A stretch of DNA of 64,000 nucleotides from a virus: positions 43,402 to 107,401 of IMG/VR virus record IMGVR_UViG_3300032053_000016; one strand, given 5' to 3'. Shown piece by piece: positions 9,775 to 18,401 of the stretch. Within the stretch, counting starts at the first letter, position 1, and each line of letters starts with the position of its first letter. Both the position numbers and the translations under genes were made by a program. The notes under the pieces are model-generated. The model worked only from the letters and a program-made list of their open reading frames with translations, searched no databases and was not told where the DNA came from.

Positions 9775-9852
9775 CGCGCCCGACCGGATTCGAACCGGTG
9801 ATATGAAGGTCTATTAGTCTTCATGCTTTAGGCCGGACTAAGCAACGGGCGC
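9775..9852 (-). tRNA. tRNA with an atypical anticodon arm (best reading AAT, Ile?)
   Basis: Acceptor stem GCGCCCG/CGGGCGC, D-stem GCTT/AAGC, T-arm ACCGG-TTCGAAT-CCGGT; anticodon stem TGAAG/CTTCA closes a 10-nt loop ACTAATAGAC; CCA not encoded. Confidence 0.8.
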
Positions 9853-9894
9853 AAGTGTCTTTGTTTACGGTGAAATTCGGTGTTAGCTGAGCAG

Positions 9895-9936
9895 TCTATT
9901 CTTCATGAATCAGATGCTACGTCTCTGAAGAATAGA
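9895..9936. repeat. 11-bp perfect inverted repeat (hairpin) between the endonuclease gene and the tRNA
   Basis: TCTATTCTTCA-N20-TGAAGAATAGA. Confidence 0.55.
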
Positions 9937-9939
9937 GAG

Positions 9940-10578
9940 TCACTCTGCGAAATACAACGGATTGCTCTTGAGCAAGACACGTAGACGATACATCTCGTTA
10001 CGTGACATGTTGATCCCCAGTTCGCTCAACTCTGTCTCGACCAGTAACCGCAAATCGACAGCTGGATTCGCTGCTCGAACACGGTCGATTTTCTCAGGCT
10101 GCAGCTTGTTGGTCCATGCTGACTTGATCTCTATGTAGCAATTCCAACTCTTCACCCAGAAATCCGGAAAGTACCTGTGAGACTTTCCGTTGTCATCTTG
10201 CCAACGAAGCATACCGACATGTGAAGCAAGTTCAAGTCCATGTTGCAAGGCCCAATTCGCAAACAACACTTCATACAGTCCTTGACAGCGATACGGTCCC
10301 ACTGTGTACCATTTGGACTTGTTTCCTCTTTGTGTGTTCGCGCAGAGTTTGCTGCAGAATTTCCTTGGTTGAGATTGCCAATACGATACAGTAACTCCAC
10401 ATGCCAAACACGATGATTGCTTCGTGTTTTCGACGCGTCGTCGTGCTTTAATGGAGCACGAGACACCGCAATACTGCAATGGGTTCTTGTTATACCTCCA
10501 CGCGAGATATGAGCATCCACAATAGTCACAGTTATGCGGTGTGTCTCGGTATTGCTTGTTTCTAAGTTCTTGACTCAC
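9940..10578 (-). CDS. putative homing endonuclease: Zn-finger repeats plus TnsA-like PD-(D/E)XK domain
   Basis: CDYCG..YCGVSC, CLACG..FCSKLC; HRYFPDFW..YIEIKS. Confidence 0.75.
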   Translation of the reverse strand: MSQELRNKQYRDTPHNCDYCGCSYLAWRYNKNPLQYCGVSCSIKARRRVENTKQSSCLACGVTVSYWQSQPRKFCSKLCANTQRGNKSKWYTVGPYRCQGLYEVLFANWALQHGLELASHVGMLRWQDDNGKSHRYFPDFWVKSWNCYIEIKSAWTNKLQPEKIDRVRAANPAVDLRLLVETELSELGINMSRNEMYRLRVLLKSNPLYFAE

Positions 10579-11531
10579 TTCTTCTTAGATACGGCTCGTC
10601 CTACTAAACGTTCCCAATCACGCTGAGGGCGGACTTCGAGGTTCTTCTCCCAAGCGCCGCGCATGACTTTAGGGTCAACGCCATTTTCCTTGGCGACGCA
10701 CATCAACGCATTGAGGTCCTTGATGAAGCAGCTCCCCGCCCATCCCATTGCTGACTCGCCCGTGTCATCCGCCGGCATCGGCCCAGGGACCTTCCAGTGC
10801 GAAGTTCCCAGGCGCGCGTCTAGAGTCGCGTACTCGATCACCTTGTCGTAGTCGATGTTTGCCCCATTGGCGTCGAGCGCGTTGCAGATCTGGTAGAACT
10901 CGTTCGCCAAAGACACCTTGCATGCGAGGTGGATGTTTGTGACGTATTTAACCATCTCGGCCGTCGTGCTCGACGTTTTGATGATCGGGACGTTGGGAAA
11001 TGCCGTCTCGAAGACTTGTTTCACCCTGTTGATGTGAGGTCGAGGGCCACCGAGAACGATCCGATCCTGATTCCGCATGTCGTTAAGCGCGGACGCTTCG
11101 CGGAGGAACTCCGGACAGAAGACGACTCGAAGCCCGGTGTCCTTGAAGGCCTTGTTCCAGCGTTCGGTCGACCCCGGAGGGACCGTCGACTTCACGACCG
11201 CGACGCGCTCTCCGGGGACGTTCGCGAGCTCCTTCAGCACACCTTCGACGATACTGAGGTCGGCTGAGCCGTCCTCGTACATGGGAGTAGGCACGCACAC
11301 GAAGTAGACGCCCGTGAAGTCCTTAAGAGCGGCGCATGCCGCAACGAAAATCTGAGTGGCAGTAGGCCCCACAAGGCCTGGCATGTCAGCCGCTGCGAAA
11401 CGACCATCGCCGCCTACAGCGACCTTACCGGTCTTGTCGTACACATAGACGTCAAAGCCACGTTCCGACATAACAGTGGTAAGCGAGCCGCCGACAAAAC
11501 CCTGCCCGATGACCGCGATGCTTTTCTTCAC
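10575..11531 (-). CDS. ugd: UDP-glucose/GDP-mannose dehydrogenase family protein (short form)
   Basis: IGQGFVG, VCVPTP, VKSTVPPG, PEFLRE, AEMVKY, GSCFIKD catalytic Cys. Confidence 0.88.
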   Translation of the reverse strand: MKKSIAVIGQGFVGGSLTTVMSERGFDVYVYDKTGKVAVGGDGRFAAADMPGLVGPTATQIFVAACAALKDFTGVYFVCVPTPMYEDGSADLSIVEGVLKELANVPGERVAVVKSTVPPGSTERWNKAFKDTGLRVVFCPEFLREASALNDMRNQDRIVLGGPRPHINRVKQVFETAFPNVPIIKTSSTTAEMVKYVTNIHLACKVSLANEFYQICNALDANGANIDYDKVIEYATLDARLGTSHWKVPGPMPADDTGESAMGWAGSCFIKDLNALMCVAKENGVDPKVMRGAWEKNLEVRPQRDWERLVGRAVSKKK

Positions 11532-11540
11532 ACCGGCAAA

Positions 11541-12395
11541 TTAGTCGAGGTTGGGCAAAATGGTGGATGTCCACCAATGTTCAATCTCGGCATCTTGCTT
11601 GTTGCGTTGTGGCGTGAGATCCTGCATTACTTGGAGAAGATCGTCTACGTGTTGATTTGCCCAAGCCACTGCTTTTGACTTGTTTGTGCTGCCGCTTTGG
11701 ATCGCAACCATCAAAGCCTTGAACAACGGGTGGTAAGCATCTTCACGGAAGAGATCGTCAAACGACCTTTTGGTCTTCACATCGTCGCTGTACGCTCGAT
11801 CGAACCCGTTGAAAGCGGCGTCCACGATCATGTCACGCACGTCATCGTGGCCCCAATTGCCTGGATCTCCAGCTGCAGCGATCGCCTTGTCGCCCGCCGC
11901 AAGCGCGCCCGCGATGTCGAAGCCCACGGGCCCGAGGTAGGCGGCTCTGAGGAAGTCAGGATGCTTCGCTCGCCCTGCCGTGTCAGCTTCAAGCTCGACC
12001 AGATTGGGGTTATCTTTGTTTTGATCGAAGTAGCGTTTGATTACCTGCTGCGCAGCAGGACTGACGCTGTAATCGGCAAATACACTCTTCCAATACTCAA
12101 GGGCAGCAGCTAGCAAAACGATAGAAACAACAGCATTCTCGGCGTACAGACGGTGAAGTCTGTAGTTTGCATCGTATTCACTGACAGCTTGCGCCAAACC
12201 CAACACCTTGGGGATCGGAACACCCTCGTGATTCACGATCTCGGACGTTGAGATCGCGATCAGCGATGTCATCCTGCCGTTCATGTATGACACGATCGCA
12301 ACACGGTCAAGCTGTCTGTTCGCTAGATCCATGACATTTGCTTCCTCAATGAGCTGTCGGTGGATGAGCTCACGCAGTTCGTTGAGGGTCAACAC
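11541..12395 (-). CDS. hypothetical protein
   Basis: 284 aa; N-terminus LNELRELIHRQLIEE. Confidence 0.7.
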   Translation of the reverse strand: MLTLNELRELIHRQLIEEANVMDLANRQLDRVAIVSYMNGRMTSLIAISTSEIVNHEGVPIPKVLGLAQAVSEYDANYRLHRLYAENAVVSIVLLAAALEYWKSVFADYSVSPAAQQVIKRYFDQNKDNPNLVELEADTAGRAKHPDFLRAAYLGPVGFDIAGALAAGDKAIAAAGDPGNWGHDDVRDMIVDAAFNGFDRAYSDDVKTKRSFDDLFREDAYHPLFKALMVAIQSGSTNKSKAVAWANQHVDDLLQVMQDLTPQRNKQDAEIEHWWTSTILPNLD

Positions 12396-12413
12396 ATCGT
12401 TAGGTATGTTTTG

Positions 12414-13112
12414 TCAGATGATGTTCATGTCGAGGACGCTGACGATCGCGATGTGTCGTTCGTCACCCAGATCAAGGCAAATCTCAACGTCGTTGGTCAA
12501 CCTGTTGGTCTCGTAGATCTTGAAACCACCAGCTAACGTGCCGTAATGTTGCAATCCTCCTGGAAAAGAAGGCCTGTACATAACGCAGGCCTCCAGAATG
12601 CACCTCACGTTAGGACCGACGTAGATCTTGTTGGGTGTAACCCCGTGTTGCTTGCGCAGTTCGTTGCTCGCATCGACGATGGTCTCGATGAGCGTCTCGT
12701 ACCATTCGCGAACCGTTCCGGTGAAGACGGGTCCCATTGAGAGACTCGAGGTGAGGTCGATAGGATTACCTGTGAGCTTATTGATGAACTTTCCAGGTGC
12801 GCGAGACCAGAACATCCGAAGTTGGTAGACCTCCTGCGAAGGAGGAGCAATGGATGCGATCTTCCCACAGATCATTCCCTCCATGTAAAAGAGATCAGCC
12901 TTCACATCCTCAGCCAGGAACTTCAACCGCACGGATTCAAGAACTTTTTCAGCGGCTTTCAACGAAGGCATCCTAGTGGCGTACCTGATCTCGTAGCTGT
13001 CTGCGCTTGGCATCTGAGCAGCATAGTCACAGATGTTTTCGAACGTGACGATGACCGCGTTGTCGACAAACTGATCTTCTTTGTCTTGTCTGTATCTGTC
13101 GATGAACTTCAC
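12414..13112 (-). CDS. protein with an isolated T4 gp23-like major-capsid segment in its C-terminal half
   Basis: WSRAPGKF..FTGTVREWYETLIETIVDASNELRKQHG..NKIYVGPNVRCILE..GTLAGGFKIY resembles the gp23-family A-domain region. Confidence 0.7.
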   Translation of the reverse strand: MKFIDRYRQDKEDQFVDNAVIVTFENICDYAAQMPSADSYEIRYATRMPSLKAAEKVLESVRLKFLAEDVKADLFYMEGMICGKIASIAPPSQEVYQLRMFWSRAPGKFINKLTGNPIDLTSSLSMGPVFTGTVREWYETLIETIVDASNELRKQHGVTPNKIYVGPNVRCILEACVMYRPSFPGGLQHYGTLAGGFKIYETNRLTNDVEICLDLGDERHIAIVSVLDMNII

Positions 13113-14098
13113 AAGTACCTTGTTCTTTCTATGGTGCCGCTCAAACTAGCACCGACGAACTCGTCGACAGTCTTCGCGGCATATTCTCCAACGGCCTCAT
13201 GACTCATGAGCGGTCGCAAGGCGGCAGCTCGTTTCCCAAGATCGGTGCGGATCGCTGGATGATCCAACAGATGATCAATGCGTGCTTCGAGCGTCTCGTA
13301 CTCGTAATCAGGCCCAAGTGACGCGTAGTGCTCCCATTCTTTCAGCGGCCAGCAGCAGTTGTTCTGCGGCAAGGCAAGGATGCATTTACCAAGCACTAAG
13401 AACTCGTAGAACTTGCGACTTGATACTCCAATGCCGGGGAAATCGAGACACACCTTCGTGCGATTGATGACGCTGTAGTACTCGTCTGGCGGCATGAGAC
13501 CGTCGTAGGTGACGATGTTGAGATCCTTGCGTCGCTCCTTGATCTCAAGCAGTTTTGCGTAGCCGATGCGACGGTTGGTTGGCCAGTGTTGATTGGTGTT
13601 GCGACTCTTTGGCCAGCAGTACGGCTTGTTGTGATCGTGAACCTTACCGCCAACGAAGAGCACGTCGATGTCCTGTTCGACCTTCGGAAGCGTGTCAGCC
13701 ACCTTGAAGATGCGATCCGGGTCGTTCGTCATGAGGGCAAGCGGGTAGACATCCTCCTTGAACGGGTAGAACACGCGTTGCTCGGACGTGCTCCCATGTT
13801 GAATCTTTAAGACCATGTAGTCTGTGACCTTGTAGTGGTCGATCAGGTTCTGGAAACGCGGCCAGTTGAGCTTGATGTCGAACGGGGTGCCACCCGATCC
13901 GTCGTCGCCGTCGAAGAAGCACAGGAAGTTCTTGCCGTCGCGTTCGTACAAGAAGCACGACCAATTCTTGTTCAACGTGCTGGATGACATGTTCGCGTCC
14001 TGAACCGCTTCAGGAGCGTGCTTCTTGTAGAACTTCGTCAAGAAGTGAACGAAGTGATCGCGATCGTCAATACCGTAACGCGTGATCTTGCCGATCAT
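13109..14098 (-). CDS. glycosyltransferase (GT-B C-terminal domain)
   Basis: DIDVLFVG, YYSVINRTKVCLDFPG..SRKFYEFLVLG. Confidence 0.75.
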   Translation of the reverse strand: MIGKITRYGIDDRDHFVHFLTKFYKKHAPEAVQDANMSSSTLNKNWSCFLYERDGKNFLCFFDGDDGSGGTPFDIKLNWPRFQNLIDHYKVTDYMVLKIQHGSTSEQRVFYPFKEDVYPLALMTNDPDRIFKVADTLPKVEQDIDVLFVGGKVHDHNKPYCWPKSRNTNQHWPTNRRIGYAKLLEIKERRKDLNIVTYDGLMPPDEYYSVINRTKVCLDFPGIGVSSRKFYEFLVLGKCILALPQNNCCWPLKEWEHYASLGPDYEYETLEARIDHLLDHPAIRTDLGKRAAALRPLMSHEAVGEYAAKTVDEFVGASLSGTIERTRYL

Positions 14099-14823
14099 GT
14101 TTCCCTCGTGTAGATCAGCTCTTTGCTGTGGTGGTGGTTGTCCGACTTGCGTCGACTGGTGACAGTTGTCCTAAACGGTTCGAAGGGAAGCCAGTCGGGG
14201 ATTGTGCCTGTCTTGGGACATTCGGCCTCACACACGATGACCTGCCCTCGCAGATCAGCGATTTGACCCGTCAAACGTGTGTAATCTAACGTTTTCGCAC
14301 GGTACTGGTAGTTGTACTGATACGGAGGGTCGACGAACCATGTGCCTTCAACACCAGGTTTCAGAAGCTCGAGGCCATCGACTCGAACCTTCCAGTGCTT
14401 GATGAGGTGGAACTCGCTCGCGACACGACTTCTCGTGTTCTCGGTCCACTGCCCTGACTTGTTTCCCCACGACGAGACCGTCCAGCAGCTGCCGACGTTG
14501 TTCGTTCTCTGCCACGTCTTCATGAGCAGTTCTTGACCACGGTTCATGCCGAGCTCACGCACATCCGTCCCCTCAGGGATGTTGATAGGCATCTCACGGA
14601 TGCTCGCCTCGGTGGCTTCCTCGATGAGCCACCACCACAGCGCGCACACATGCTCGTCAGACTCAGCGAGCAACACGTCTTTGCGATGGTGTCGCAACGA
14701 GTAACCAGCACTGCCCGCGAACGGCTCGATGATCATGTCATGCGTCGGCGCGGGGTAATGCTTTGCTGCTGTCCATTTCGAGCCGAACCACTTGAAGAGT
14801 GGACCTGTGATCGTGTCACTCAT
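14095..14823 (-). CDS. N6-adenine DNA methyltransferase (D12/Dam-like)
   Basis: FKWFGSK, EPFAGSA, FVDPPY. Confidence 0.85.
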   Translation of the reverse strand: MSDTITGPLFKWFGSKWTAAKHYPAPTHDMIIEPFAGSAGYSLRHHRKDVLLAESDEHVCALWWWLIEEATEASIREMPINIPEGTDVRELGMNRGQELLMKTWQRTNNVGSCWTVSSWGNKSGQWTENTRSRVASEFHLIKHWKVRVDGLELLKPGVEGTWFVDPPYQYNYQYRAKTLDYTRLTGQIADLRGQVIVCEAECPKTGTIPDWLPFEPFRTTVTSRRKSDNHHHSKELIYTRET

Positions 14824-15485
14824 GTTTTCTTCTTTCGAATCATGCTCGTCATGCTGTTGTCAGACGTGTAATCGTACGAATGTTCTTTCGGCAACCGCAC
14901 CCAGATCGTCACGTGTTTGACGTCTTGACGAAGCGTCTCGAACACGTGACGGCTCACGTACTTGCTGTGGAAATCCTTCTCGTACTTCAGTGACTCGATC
15001 ATTCTGAAGGTTGTGTGAACGAGCTTTTCGTTGTGGGCGTCAGCGGAGCAACTTTCAAGCTTTGGCAGGAAGCTCGTGTGGATGTCCTCAACAACGTAGA
15101 ACCCATCCGGCTTCACATGACTCCACAGTTTAGAAAAAGTCGACTGTTGATGCTTCATCATGTGACTACCGTCGTCAACGATAAGGTCCCATGGGCCATG
15201 CTTTTCAGAGAGTTTCACTAGCTCGTTCGTGTCGTTCGCGTCGATCTTGTGAAGTGTAACACCGTCGATGTCCCCGCAACGCTTGATGTCCAGATCGACG
15301 CCATGGATCTCCGCATTTGGAAAGTACTCACGCCACATGCGTAGACTTGCGCCAAAGAACACGCCGATCTCCAAAACCTTCAATGGCTCAGATCTGCGGT
15401 CCTCTAGTCTACGCTCGTAAACTTCGCAGTACCCGTGGTTCGCCTTGTCAGTTCCATGCTTGACAGCAATGTCGTGTAGGTTCAC
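14820..15485 (-). CDS. class I SAM methyltransferase (sugar O-methyltransferase-like)
   Basis: GTDK..HGY, LEIGV, IVDDGSH, YVVEDIHTS. Confidence 0.85.
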   Translation of the reverse strand: MNLHDIAVKHGTDKANHGYCEVYERRLEDRRSEPLKVLEIGVFFGASLRMWREYFPNAEIHGVDLDIKRCGDIDGVTLHKIDANDTNELVKLSEKHGPWDLIVDDGSHMMKHQQSTFSKLWSHVKPDGFYVVEDIHTSFLPKLESCSADAHNEKLVHTTFRMIESLKYEKDFHSKYVSRHVFETLRQDVKHVTIWVRLPKEHSYDYTSDNSMTSMIRKKKT

Positions 15486-16288
15486 TTTCTCTCCAAAATG
15501 ATGAAGTTTTGATCGTACTTCCCACTCGAGAACCTCCCGCGCTCCAACGCGTTGAACCCCTGCATCTTGTCGATGACGTCGGCGACAACAGGCTGACGGA
15601 TGTGACCGAGTGGGTCGTCAGGTTGAGGCACGCCACCGTGTGGGAGCGCTTTCACAGGGAAGGTGATCAGCACACGCGCGTCTAGACGCGTGATGTCGTG
15701 AAGGTCAGCGATGATGTTGTCTTCGGCAGTCTGATCGACATGCTCCAACACCTCGGTCAACGTCACCACGTCAAACGTTGTGTCGTACGTGTCGCGAAGA
15801 CGATCGAAGCGAACGTCAAAGTGCTTCACATCCACACCAAGCAACGTCAACAGCTTGTTGTAACAGGGTGAGAAGTCGCACGTGTGAAGGTTGAGATCGT
15901 ACCTGTAGTGATCGCGGTAGAGCAAGGCTCCGTGACACCCATGCGCTGGAGCGATGTCAAGCAGCCTTCCTGTATGTGCTGCGTTTGGAAAGAAGCGAGC
16001 GTTAGCGAACTCCGGTCGTGGAAACGTCCTCCCGTTCCTCCACGTTGGGTCGACGAACTCACGTTGAGCCCACACCTTCAACGTGTCGCGTTCGTCTGTA
16101 GAGAGCGCGAAGTACACACTCAAGAAATCGTCGAACTGCGCCTTGATCCTCGCACCCGTCTCAGCGTCCATCGTGGCGAACGCAACGAGTTCATCGTGAG
16201 AGTAAGGGCTCATGGCATCACCGCCCCAGTCGATGCGGCCATTCGCGAGCTCGGAAGCGCCGAGACGCTTGAGAATGTCGTCGTTCAT
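15482..16288 (-). CDS. class I SAM methyltransferase
   Basis: LLDIAPAHG, FDVVTLTEVLEHV, LITFP. Confidence 0.8.
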   Translation of the reverse strand: MNDDILKRLGASELANGRIDWGGDAMSPYSHDELVAFATMDAETGARIKAQFDDFLSVYFALSTDERDTLKVWAQREFVDPTWRNGRTFPRPEFANARFFPNAAHTGRLLDIAPAHGCHGALLYRDHYRYDLNLHTCDFSPCYNKLLTLLGVDVKHFDVRFDRLRDTYDTTFDVVTLTEVLEHVDQTAEDNIIADLHDITRLDARVLITFPVKALPHGGVPQPDDPLGHIRQPVVADVIDKMQGFNALERGRFSSGKYDQNFIILERK

Positions 16289-17196
16289 CAGAGGTCCTTG
16301 AACATCTTACGGTAGGGTTCCATTCCACCCTTAGAAATCTTAAAGCGTTCCACATCTGGGATGGTTGGAATTGCTTGTGAAACGTCGTCGGCGATCGCAG
16401 AATGATGAAGAACTTGTTCGGCAATGCCGACGGGTGTTGAAACGACAGGAAGACCAATCGCTCCTGCTTCAAGAAAAGCCTGAGGTCCACCTTCGTGCAC
16501 GCTTGTGACAGCGTACAGATCGGCACATTGGTAGAATTCGTTCAAGACTGGTTGTTCTGGTCGTTCGCGATACACATACGGGGTACCTGCAGCAGCGAGG
16601 CGGCCGCAAATATATTGCCTTCTCCATCCTGCCAAAAGCACCAGTGAGTTTGGATCTTGTTGATGTCTCTTGATGAAGAAATCGGCTAAAGCCTCAGGAC
16701 CCTTTTCACGTTTTGGAGACTTTTCGTCGTGTCCTTCTGTATCGCGCTGAGCCGAGAAAACGATATTCGCGTTCAAAGGCAAATCATGCTTCGCTCTCAA
16801 CACTTGAGAATCAGCTGTGCGTCGCCACATAGCATCATTCACCCAATACGGAACCTGTCTTACGGGTTTGTCTGTCAGGATTTCCAGTTGAGCTTTTGCG
16901 CGCGCGTTGTACACGTGATACAAATCGACGTGCTTGTCGCGGTCCATAAATTCTTCTCGCTCGTCAACGCCAAACTTGGAAGGGACGAGGTGGTGGATCG
17001 TGACGACGACCTTTTTGTTCGGCTTGTCTTTCAAAAGATGTTTTGGAATGACTCTCCATCTCCACTCTGAGAAAATCCAAATGATGTCAGCTTGCTCAGG
17101 TCGCATCACCGATGACTTCGGGTTGTGTTTCAACCAATCGTTTGTCAAGGTGTCACAGATCCAGTTTTCATCAGCCGGCAACATATAGATCTTCAT
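16288..17196 (-). CDS. glycosyltransferase, GT-B/GT4
   Basis: ADLYAVTSVHEGGPQAFLEA..PVVSTPVG. Confidence 0.85.
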   Translation of the reverse strand: MKIYMLPADENWICDTLTNDWLKHNPKSSVMRPEQADIIWIFSEWRWRVIPKHLLKDKPNKKVVVTIHHLVPSKFGVDEREEFMDRDKHVDLYHVYNARAKAQLEILTDKPVRQVPYWVNDAMWRRTADSQVLRAKHDLPLNANIVFSAQRDTEGHDEKSPKREKGPEALADFFIKRHQQDPNSLVLLAGWRRQYICGRLAAAGTPYVYRERPEQPVLNEFYQCADLYAVTSVHEGGPQAFLEAGAIGLPVVSTPVGIAEQVLHHSAIADDVSQAIPTIPDVERFKISKGGMEPYRKMFKDL

Positions 17197-17840
17197 TGAG
17201 CGAACCTCCATTTGAGATTTTGGTGGTGAGGTCGTGTCCCTCGACAGACCGCGCCTATGTGACCTTCGCAGTAGTCGTTCGTACGAGCAGCAACCCTAAT
17301 CGAGGAGTACGCGGCAACGAACACGTCGTCCATCGTGTAACAATCAACGCGACGACACCGTTTGCTGATCTTGCCGTATTGGGGATTGTTCGGACCAAGT
17401 TTCGAATCTCGAAGCTTCACACGCGTCTCGATCGAGATCGGAACCTTTGCTCGACGACCGACTTTCGCGCGCTCGTTTGGATCTTGGTATCGACGTCGCT
17501 GACTCAGACTCAGTTTTCTTCGAGTCTCGACAGTAGGAAGTCCACTTTCCCCACCTTTTGAACCGTTGTATCCGAAATCAGGATCGGCACTTCGACAACG
17601 TTTGATCCAACGTTGTTCAAACGCTTTTGCTTCGCTAAGCGAATCCGTTTCTTCTAGCTGTTGATGTTTCCATGCGTCAACACCGTACTTGTTGATTGCT
17701 CGATGGAAATGGTATTGGCTTCCGGAACGAGCGATCGACACATGTTTGCGCCAACGTTTTTCCATGCCTTTCGACGTCCATCCAATGTAGGATTTTCCGT
17801 TTACAAGACATGTGTGACAGTAAACAACAAACCCTTTCAT
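17193..17840 (-). CDS. GIY-YIG homing endonuclease with NUMOD motifs
   Basis: VVY..NGKSYIG, RW.KH, GYN, ETRRKLS, GPNNPQYG, YSSIRVAAR. Confidence 0.85.
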   Translation of the reverse strand: MKGFVVYCHTCLVNGKSYIGWTSKGMEKRWRKHVSIARSGSQYHFHRAINKYGVDAWKHQQLEETDSLSEAKAFEQRWIKRCRSADPDFGYNGSKGGESGLPTVETRRKLSLSQRRRYQDPNERAKVGRRAKVPISIETRVKLRDSKLGPNNPQYGKISKRCRRVDCYTMDDVFVAAYSSIRVAARTNDYCEGHIGAVCRGTRPHHQNLKWRFAQ

Positions 17841-17863
17841 GCCCGAAAGGCTAGTTTATCTGT

Positions 17864-18397
17864 ATGGACTTCTGCGAAAAATATACTTTGCTTCACCGCT
17901 TGATGACCGATCACAAACGCGAGAGCTTTGTGGAGACCGGAACGTACGAGGCCAAGATGAGTCTCAAGATGTCGGATCTGACCTCGAACGTACGATCGAT
18001 CGAACTTAGCGAAAAGCTTCACAACGAAGCTCTCGTACAAGTCAAGAAAGCAAAGAAGGACGGCGTAATCACGCTCATCTTGGGGAACAGCGCCGAGCAG
18101 CTGCCGAAGGCTCTAGACGGGGCTTCTAAGCCGCTCGTGTGGCTCGACGCGCACTGGTCTGCTGGGAAAACTGTGCGCGACGATAGTGGCAGCGACACCC
18201 CTATTGTGGCAGAGCTTCACGCCTTGAAGGAATGGGGAGGAGACGCCGTTATCGCAATCGATGACCTCTGGTGCTTCAACGGCAAGAACGGGTACCCTAC
18301 CTTTGAGAGACTACGCGAAATCGTTCGCGAGCTGTGGCCAACGGCAACGCTCACGCGAGTCGACGAGTGCGTCTGGTTCCAGGTCGATCCCGCTTAG
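17864..18397 (+). CDS. SAM methyltransferase-like protein
   Basis: FVETGTY, SIELSE, WLDAHWS, IAIDD. Confidence 0.75.
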   Translation: MDFCEKYTLLHRLMTDHKRESFVETGTYEAKMSLKMSDLTSNVRSIELSEKLHNEALVQVKKAKKDGVITLILGNSAEQLPKALDGASKPLVWLDAHWSAGKTVRDDSGSDTPIVAELHALKEWGGDAVIAIDDLWCFNGKNGYPTFERLREIVRELWPTATLTRVDECVWFQVDPA

Positions 18398-18401
18398 ACG
18401 T

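Noticed and set aside
9775-9852. Amber suppressor reading (CTA) of the tRNA loop
   Set aside because: CTA is not preceded by U33 or followed by a canonical loop, and there is no sign of recoding.
11541-12395. Possible degenerate GNAT acetyltransferase (ADYSVSPAAQQV)
   Set aside because: No acetyl-CoA-binding GxG motif was visible, so the evidence is too weak to call.
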